Source: an uncultured Hyphomicrobiales bacterium | Lineage (GTDB): Bacteria; Bacteroidota; Ignavibacteria; Kapaibacteriales; Kapaibacteriaceae | Length of the DNA stretch: 61,171 nt | NCBI GenBank assembly: GCA_964493635.1 | Contig: CAZBOW010000002.1 | Span: 71,728-132,898, forward strand | Direction of reading: 5' to 3' | Part shown: positions 55,723 to 61,171 of the stretch, in pieces | Numbering within the stretch: the first letter of the stretch is position 1 | Layout of the letters: each line of letters starts with the position of its first letter | Notes under the pieces: model-generated | What the model was told of the DNA's origin: nothing | What the model saw: the letters and a program-made list of their open reading frames with translations, nothing else | Database searches by the model: none | Translations under genes and position numbers: made by a program

Positions 55723-56508
55723 TTAAAAACCCTCAGCTACGTAGCGTGCAAGGAAATCGACCACTTCAGGGTCGGTTGTTGCTCGTAGCGCTGGAACATC
55801 GCCCTGAAACCGCACGACTCCATCAACAATCATGGCTACGTTGTCAGCAATATTGAAGATGCTGAACATATCGTGCGTAATCACCAAGGAGGTTACCTGT
55901 AGCTTTTGTGCAAGATCACCGATCATGTCATCGATCTGCTGTGACGTCACAGGGTCGAGACCTGTTGTAGGTTCATCATAGAAAATGTACTCTGGCTGCC
56001 CAACCAGGGCTCGGGCCACACCAACGCGCTTTCGCATGCCTCCCGACAAGTCCGAGGGCTTTTTGTTACGCAGGATCGCATACTCGCGTTCGAACTCCGC
56101 GGACCCTTCACCAGTCAGATCGGGCAGAAGGCCTACAGAACTCAACACGCGTCGTGCCTCCGACTCCAGCATCGAGCGATCATGAATTCCATGTTCGACC
56201 AAACTGATCACAACGTTGTCGAAGACCGTCATCGAGTCGAACAGTGCCGCGCCTTGGAAGACGTAGCCGATCTTCTTTCGCATGGAGAACAGCTCTGCAT
56301 GCGACAGCGACTCAAGATCCCGTCCGTCAATCAGAACCGTACCGGCGTCGGCCTTCAATAGGCCCACGATGTGCTTCAACAGAACACTCTTTCCGGATCC
56401 GGACTTACCGATGACACACGTTGTGCTGCCAGTGGGGATCACCAGATCAATACCCTTCAGCACTTCCTTCGTACCAAAGGACTTCCGTATGCCACGCAGT
56501 TCAATCAT
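55723..56508 (-). CDS. ABC transporter ATP-binding protein, MlaF-like
   Basis: Walker A (GKSGSGKS), signature (LSGGMRKRVGVARAL) and Walker B (IFYDEPTTGLDP). Confidence 0.9.
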   Translation of the reverse strand: MIELRGIRKSFGTKEVLKGIDLVIPTGSTTCVIGKSGSGKSVLLKHIVGLLKADAGTVLIDGRDLESLSHAELFSMRKKIGYVFQGAALFDSMTVFDNVVISLVEHGIHDRSMLESEARRVLSSVGLLPDLTGEGSAEFEREYAILRNKKPSDLSGGMRKRVGVARALVGQPEYIFYDEPTTGLDPVTSQQIDDMIGDLAQKLQVTSLVITHDMFSIFNIADNVAMIVDGVVRFQGDVPALRATTDPEVVDFLARYVAEGF

Positions 56509-56511
56509 GGC

Positions 56512-58305
56512 TTAGGCTACACCCCGCTCCGCAGCGCGATCTCGGATTTGCTGAACAGTGCCTACCGGAATGGCTTCGATCAAGCTGCGCGTGTAGGCTT
56601 GTTGAGGATTTTCGTAGATCTCCGTGGCGGAACCCATTTCAACGATCTTACCGGCATTCATCACCGCAATCCGATCACTGATGAACTTCACCACACTCAA
56701 GTCGTGCGAGATGAAGATGTACGTCAGGTTGAATTCGTCGCGAAGCTGTACAAGTAGATTCAGCACCTGCGCCTGGACGCTGACGTCCAACGCGCTGACG
56801 GATTCGTCGCAGATCAACAGCTTCGGCTTCAGAGCAAGAGCCCGGGCCACGCAGATGCGCTGACGCTGACCACCCGAGAACTCGTGCGGGTAGTTGTTGA
56901 AGTGACGAGGAAGTAAGTCGACCTTATCCAGAAGGTACAGGACCTGTTCCTTACGATCGGCATCGTTTTCACCGATGCCGTGGACGCGCAGTACCTCCGT
57001 AATGGCGCTTCCAACGCTCAACCGAGGATTGAGCGATGAATAGGGATCCTGGAAGATGATCTGGAAGTCCTTGCGCATGTTCTTCAACTGCGCCGATCCC
57101 AGTGCTCGTACGTTGACTCCGTTGAACATGACCGATCCTGCCGTGGGCTCTACTAACCGCAGGATAGCTCTTCCGGTTGTGGTCTTTCCACATCCGGACT
57201 CACCTACCAAGCCTAGGGTTTCTCCAGGCTTCACATCGAAGCTTACATCGTCGACGGCCTTGACATATCCCGACGTCTTGCCGAAGAAGCCAGACTTGAT
57301 CGGGAAGTGTACTTCAAGATTCTGTACGTCAAGCAGCGGTTGCTGCGCTGCCAGGTGGGTGTTGCGCTGTTGAATATCCTCGGCAGTGAATTCCAGCTGA
57401 TGCACCAAAGCATCCACATTGTTCGCAGACCGCTCGGTGATCGTTCCATCGGCGGCTTCGTCCATGAAGTCGCGCACGGTAGGGAGAATCTTGAGCTTCT
57501 TATCGAGACGGGGCCTACACGCCAGAAGCCCCTTTGTATACGGATGCTGTGGATCTTCGAAGATCTGCAGGACTGGGCCTTGTTCCACGATGTTTCCCTT
57601 GTACATCACAATCACGTCGTCGGCAATCTCTGCGATCACGCCAAGGTCGTGGGTGATGAACATCATGGACATTCCATGGTTGTGTTGTAGTCCGCGCATC
57701 AAATCGAGGATGGTCGCCTGGACGGTTACATCCAATGCTGTCGTCGGCTCATCGGCGATCAGCAAATCTGGATTGCAGCTCATGGCCATGGCAATCATCA
57801 CGCGTTGCTTCTGCCCCCCGGATAACTGGTGGGGATAGGATGTGAGCATCTGCTCGGGTCGCGGAAGCTGAACCTCCTTGAGCAGTTCCAGTGTGCGCTG
57901 GCGAGCTACCTGCTTATCCACGTTCTGGTGCAGTTGAATGGCCTCGATGATCTGATCGCCACAGGTAAACACCGGATTGAGGGACGTCATCGGCTCTTGG
58001 AAGATCATCGCAAGGCGATTGCCACGGTACGTGCGCATGCGATCTTCCGGCAACTGGAGCAGGTCTGTTTTTTGGCCATCCTTCTCATGAAATATGGCCT
58101 GGCCACCTACGATCCTACCAGGAGGCGTTTGAATCAGCCGCATCACGCTTAGACTGGTCACAGACTTGCCGGAGCCCGACTCACCCACGATCCCAAGTGT
58201 ACGACCCTTATGAACAGTGAACGATACGTCGTTCACCGCCCGCATCACGTGGTGATCGGTGCGAAACTCTGTGATCAGATTGCGGACTTCAAGAAGCGGT
58301 TGCAT
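56512..58305 (-). CDS. Fused double-cassette ABC ATPase of the Dpp/Opp (YejF/GsiA-like) type
   Basis: There are two Walker A motifs ([16 protein letters not shown]), two signature motifs ([16 protein letters not shown]), and Opp-type C-terminal motifs ([22 protein letters not shown]). The start was trimmed to MQPLLEV (58305). Confidence 0.9.
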   Translation of the reverse strand: MQPLLEVRNLITEFRTDHHVMRAVNDVSFTVHKGRTLGIVGESGSGKSVTSLSVMRLIQTPPGRIVGGQAIFHEKDGQKTDLLQLPEDRMRTYRGNRLAMIFQEPMTSLNPVFTCGDQIIEAIQLHQNVDKQVARQRTLELLKEVQLPRPEQMLTSYPHQLSGGQKQRVMIAMAMSCNPDLLIADEPTTALDVTVQATILDLMRGLQHNHGMSMMFITHDLGVIAEIADDVIVMYKGNIVEQGPVLQIFEDPQHPYTKGLLACRPRLDKKLKILPTVRDFMDEAADGTITERSANNVDALVHQLEFTAEDIQQRNTHLAAQQPLLDVQNLEVHFPIKSGFFGKTSGYVKAVDDVSFDVKPGETLGLVGESGCGKTTTGRAILRLVEPTAGSVMFNGVNVRALGSAQLKNMRKDFQIIFQDPYSSLNPRLSVGSAITEVLRVHGIGENDADRKEQVLYLLDKVDLLPRHFNNYPHEFSGGQRQRICVARALALKPKLLICDESVSALDVSVQAQVLNLLVQLRDEFNLTYIFISHDLSVVKFISDRIAVMNAGKIVEMGSATEIYENPQQAYTRSLIEAIPVGTVQQIRDRAAERGVA

Positions 58306-58319
58306 ACTGTCCTTCCAAC

Positions 58320-59651
58320 CTACGTGGATCGTTGAGGCGACCATAAAGATACGTGCTTCTTGGCTGCTACCACGGAGTATCCGCTACCCAAGATCCGCCC
58401 AACGGCGATAGCAACAGCACCGGCTATCGCTCCATTCCAGGTGGTCGAGCCAACAAGTCCGGCCATGACCAGTGTAAGGCCCCCTACCTCGATCAATGCG
58501 GCAATCGTCACGTGAACAGTTTTCCGCTCCACAATGAGAACACTCCGCTGGAGCGAGAACAAGGCAGCCGTTGCAGGCATCACCAGTTGCACCAGGGTTG
58601 GCAGGTAGGCAACGTCCACGAGCGACGGACTCAGTCCAAAGATTCCCCCGAAGACCAGCCGGTAAAGGGGTGTCACCAGTACAACCAGCAACAGTCCAGC
58701 AGTACTGGCAATGGTGATGTACCACGCCACACGACGCACGGTGGCATAGGAATCACGCGACTCGCCAAGGTAGGCAATGCCAACTTCTTGGTACGAGAAC
58801 CCGAAGCTGCGGAAGAGGAAGATCAGAGCATTCACTACGGGCAGTACCGCCAGCGATTGCACGGGAAACGGTGCTTTGCTGACAAAAAGAGACACAATTG
58901 GCATCGACACAAACCCAATCACGGAGGTCAAGGCCAGCGGCAGAAAGAACGTCAGGATGCTGCGGTTCGTGGGAGGGGGCTCGCAGGTGCTAAGGTTCTG
59001 TGCGCGGTAGGAGCGCACCACTCCGCGAGCCATCCAGCGGGTTGCCAACGCTTCGCCAACAACTCCCGCAGTGAGCCCGGCCGCACCGAGCGTGATTCCC
59101 TCGACGGATTCGGTGAAAAAGAAGACGACGGCCGTAATCAACATCGAAACCAGCCGCACCACCGTACCAAGTGCGACGTTCCGTGTTTGATTATTCCGAA
59201 TCATCAAGCCTTGGTAGAATCGACGTACACCAATGGCCGCCGGCCACGGAATCAGTAGAAGCAGCCCCTGATGGAGCCGCCAGCCAATTTCTGGTGCAAC
59301 GCCGATAACACCGTAGGCAATGGCATCGAACACGGGTGGTAGGCATACCGTGATCATTCCGAGCGTTACCACAACGTTGGTCAGCACCATGAATCGTCGG
59401 AGGCGTTCCTCAGCCGCACGATCCTTAGCCAGGGCCACGCTGGTACTCAGTAAGTGAATCACGGGTGACTCGATGAGCATTGCCAGCGCAATTGCTACGC
59501 CATATGCTGCCAGGTTGTAGGTTGCATCCGGAAGCCGTGCGATGAAGATCGTGAGCGTAGGACCTTCAACGGCCATCAGTAACCAGGTGAAACTGAGCGG
59601 GGCCCAAAAGCGTACAATCCCGCGTGTTGTGGTTACTGGTTTCATGTACAA
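58320..59651 (-). CDS. Polytopic membrane protein, MATE/MOP-superfamily-like
   Basis: 443 aa with about 12 hydrophobic helices. The N-terminal pattern FWAPLSFTWLLMAVEGPTLTIFIARLPDATYNLAAYGVA resembles MATE transporters. The family assignment is tentative. Confidence 0.6.
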   Translation of the reverse strand: MYMKPVTTTRGIVRFWAPLSFTWLLMAVEGPTLTIFIARLPDATYNLAAYGVAIALAMLIESPVIHLLSTSVALAKDRAAEERLRRFMVLTNVVVTLGMITVCLPPVFDAIAYGVIGVAPEIGWRLHQGLLLLIPWPAAIGVRRFYQGLMIRNNQTRNVALGTVVRLVSMLITAVVFFFTESVEGITLGAAGLTAGVVGEALATRWMARGVVRSYRAQNLSTCEPPPTNRSILTFFLPLALTSVIGFVSMPIVSLFVSKAPFPVQSLAVLPVVNALIFLFRSFGFSYQEVGIAYLGESRDSYATVRRVAWYITIASTAGLLLVVLVTPLYRLVFGGIFGLSPSLVDVAYLPTLVQLVMPATAALFSLQRSVLIVERKTVHVTIAALIEVGGLTLVMAGLVGSTTWNGAIAGAVAIAVGRILGSGYSVVAAKKHVSLWSPQRST

Positions 59652-59671
59652 ACTTCGGCAGGAACACTGTC

Positions 59672-60205
59672 ATGATCTATTTCGAGGAAGTTCAGCGCCC
59701 ACCAAAGGCCATGAACATTGTTCTCTACATTGCGATGACGATGGTTACTCTGGCCGCCGCACTGAACGTCTTTCTTTCGTTCGAACTCGGTTCTGACGCA
59801 TCGTGGGTTGAGCACGTCGTGCCGGCCCTGCTCTTGTTGTTGATTCCGATCTCCATTATGGTTCTGTTTCGCAGAAGCCGTCAAACGGTCATCATCAACG
59901 ATACCGAGATCCGCGTGCGCCAGAGCCCCTTTCATCGAAAGGACCGCGTGTTTCCTTGGACGGACGTCACCACAGCGATCTACCGACCCATGAGCCCCAT
60001 GGGTGAGTTTGGTGGCTGGGGCATTCGCTACAACATGAATGGCGCCTGGGGGTACGTCCTCGGGGGCGACCGCGGCATTGAACTACACCTTGCCAACGGC
60101 AAGAAGCGTATCGTCTCCATTGTAGATGGGCAAGGGGCTCGGGCGGCGCTGGAAGCCGTGCACACCCAGCAGGGAGTGAACATCCGGTTCTTAACACAAC
60201 GGTAG
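59672..60205 (+). CDS. Hypothetical membrane protein (2 TM + small soluble domain)
   Basis: The start was trimmed to MIYFEEV (59672). TM helices are IVLYIAMTMVTLAAALNVFL and VVPALLLLLIPISIMVLF. Confidence 0.55.
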   Translation: MIYFEEVQRPPKAMNIVLYIAMTMVTLAAALNVFLSFELGSDASWVEHVVPALLLLLIPISIMVLFRRSRQTVIINDTEIRVRQSPFHRKDRVFPWTDVTTAIYRPMSPMGEFGGWGIRYNMNGAWGYVLGGDRGIELHLANGKKRIVSIVDGQGARAALEAVHTQQGVNIRFLTQR

Positions 60206-60249
60206 CTGAAGCTTTACGAGAGCGTTACGACGCCGTAACACCTGTCGGA

Positions 60250-60257
60250 TAGGTTTG
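60250..60257 (+). promoter_or_regulatory. TAnnTTTG box (TAGGTTTG) 51 nt upstream of the PhoX-like gene
   Basis: Read directly in the 103-nt spacer. Confidence 0.35.
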
Positions 60258-60308
60258 CGTGCACTGCACAACACAAACCTTTTCCACCACCATCACACAG
60301 GTGTTCTC

Positions 60309-61171
60309 ATGAAGCGGATGCTTCTCGGTGTATGCGCTGCACTGCTGACAACAGGCGCTGTAGCACAGAACTTTCCTCCTCGAATCGACCCCGTGTCGGT
60401 TGTTCCCTACCTCACTAACAAGGTTGTGGTTCCGGCCAGCCCGCTGAAGTCGCAGGTACTCTTCGTTGGTGCTGTATCCGACGTACAAACCACAGCAACG
60501 TACGGCAATGCTGCCGGTACAACCAAAGCCAAGCAGTGGCACGACTTTATCGGCTTTACGCCGGCCTCGGCCAGCGAAGGTGGTCTTGGCTGGGTGTCGG
60601 TGAATCACGAGATGATCCAAGCAAACGATAACATTGGCGACGGCGGTGGTATGACCGTCTTCAAGGTAGAGCGCGCTGCCGACGGCACGCTTAACGTAGT
60701 CGATCAGACGCTGGCCGATGGCCGCAAAGGCAAATTCTTCAACGTAGACTTTGCCAACACCGTAGGTGAAACCGGCATGAACTGCGGTGGCATCACGTCG
60801 CCTGTTGATGGACGGATCTGGACTGCTGAAGAGTGGTTCCAGTCCACAAATGCCGACATCTACGCTGATGGAGCCGGTTTCCGTGACACCTCCGACTTTG
60901 TCATTGGGGAAACAACACCTGCAGGCTTCCCAGGCTTCAATGGCCAGAAGATTAGCCGTGTACAGAACGTGAACTACATGGTTGAGATCGATCCGCGCCA
61001 AGCCAAGGCCATCCGTAAGCAGTACAACTGGGGCCGTCAGGGTTTTGAGGGTGGCGTTGTGATGCCAGACAACAAAACGGTGTACCTAGGCGAGGACGGT
61101 GCTACAGGACAGTCGTTGTTCACGAAGTTTGTTGCCGATGTACCTGGTGATTTTACCAAAGGCAAGACGTA
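60309..61171 (+). CDS. Secreted DUF839/PhoX-like protein, 3' end cut by the window edge (absent from the supplied ORF track)
   Basis: My own translation of frame 3 from the ATG at 60309 gives MKRMLLGVCAALLTTGAVAQN (signal peptide), then ...GLGWVSVNHEM..., GETGMNCGGITSPVDGRIWTAEEW and YLGEDGATG. There is no stop up to nt 61171. Confidence 0.7.
   Translation, partial: MKRMLLGVCAALLTTGAVAQNFPPRIDPVSVVPYLTNKVVVPASPLKSQVLFVGAVSDVQTTATYGNAAGTTKAKQWHDFIGFTPASASEGGLGWVSVNHEMIQANDNIGDGGGMTVFKVERAADGTLNVVDQTLADGRKGKFFNVDFANTVGETGMNCGGITSPVDGRIWTAEEWFQSTNADIYADGAGFRDTSDFVIGETTPAGFPGFNGQKISRVQNVNYMVEIDPRQAKAIRKQYNWGRQGFEGGVVMPDNKTVYLGEDGATGQSLFTKFVADVPGDFTKGKT

Noticed and set aside
60224-60239. A small hairpin (GTTACG-ACGC-CGTAAC) after the 59672..60205 gene, considered as a terminator.
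   Set aside because: The stem is only 6 bp and no T-run follows.
60225-61001. Minus-strand 258-aa ORF.
   Set aside because: It is a shadow of the plus-strand PhoX-like gene (60309..>61171), which has a signal peptide and conserved motifs.
1-61171. A search by eye for CRISPR arrays, tRNA/rRNA genes, IS elements, integrases, toxin-antitoxin pairs or defence-system hallmarks (nucleases, helicases, methyltransferases).
   Set aside because: I recognised none. The intergenic space is too small, and the only long spacers (17671-18223 and 36942-37082) show no cloverleaf or repeat-spacer structure. A covariance-model scan would be needed to exclude small ncRNAs.

Overview
This is a 61.2-kb, GC-rich, very gene-dense chromosomal segment with about 43 CDS, many of them overlapping by 4-13 nt. 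I saw no rRNA, tRNA, CRISPR array, transposase, integrase or phage genes. It looks like core genome of a Bacteroidota/Chlorobi-group (FCB) bacterium, for three reasons. Six proteins end in T9SS type-A C-terminal sorting domains. Seven intergenic spacers carry the Bacteroidetes-type TAnnTTTG promoter box in the correct orientation. The F-type ATP synthase operon lacks beta and epsilon.

Recognisable housekeeping genes are paaBCD, obg, radA, crtB, atpZ/I-B-E-F-H-A-(hldD)-G, a PfkB kinase, ddl, a family-4 UDG, clpC, an enoyl-CoA hydratase, dnaX, bcp, tatD, upp, a class-V PLP enzyme and two ABC ATPases.

The accessory-looking content is cell-envelope and secretion cargo:
- a ~3,600-aa T9SS-sorted repeat protein that takes up 18% of the window;
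- two tandem S8 peptidase paralogs;
- a BNR-propeller protein;
- a 1,203-aa WD40/PapD-like protein translationally coupled to an OmpA-family porin.

The observations most worth a second look are:
1. the module architecture and A/B super-repeat of the giant protein, and its long AT-richer leader;
2. an in-frame fusion of cytoplasmic TatD to a signal-peptide-bearing beta-barrel module;
3. hldD inserted between atpA and atpG, plus a strong intercistronic hairpin after atpE;
4. a tightly packed minus-strand string (MATE-like membrane protein, two permease-less ABC ATPases, WD40 T9SS protein, OmpA porin, PLP enzyme);
5. promoter boxes 4-5 nt from start codons, which imply leaderless mRNAs.

I found no clear defence or mobile system. 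All functional calls come from motif recognition by eye and no database search was run.
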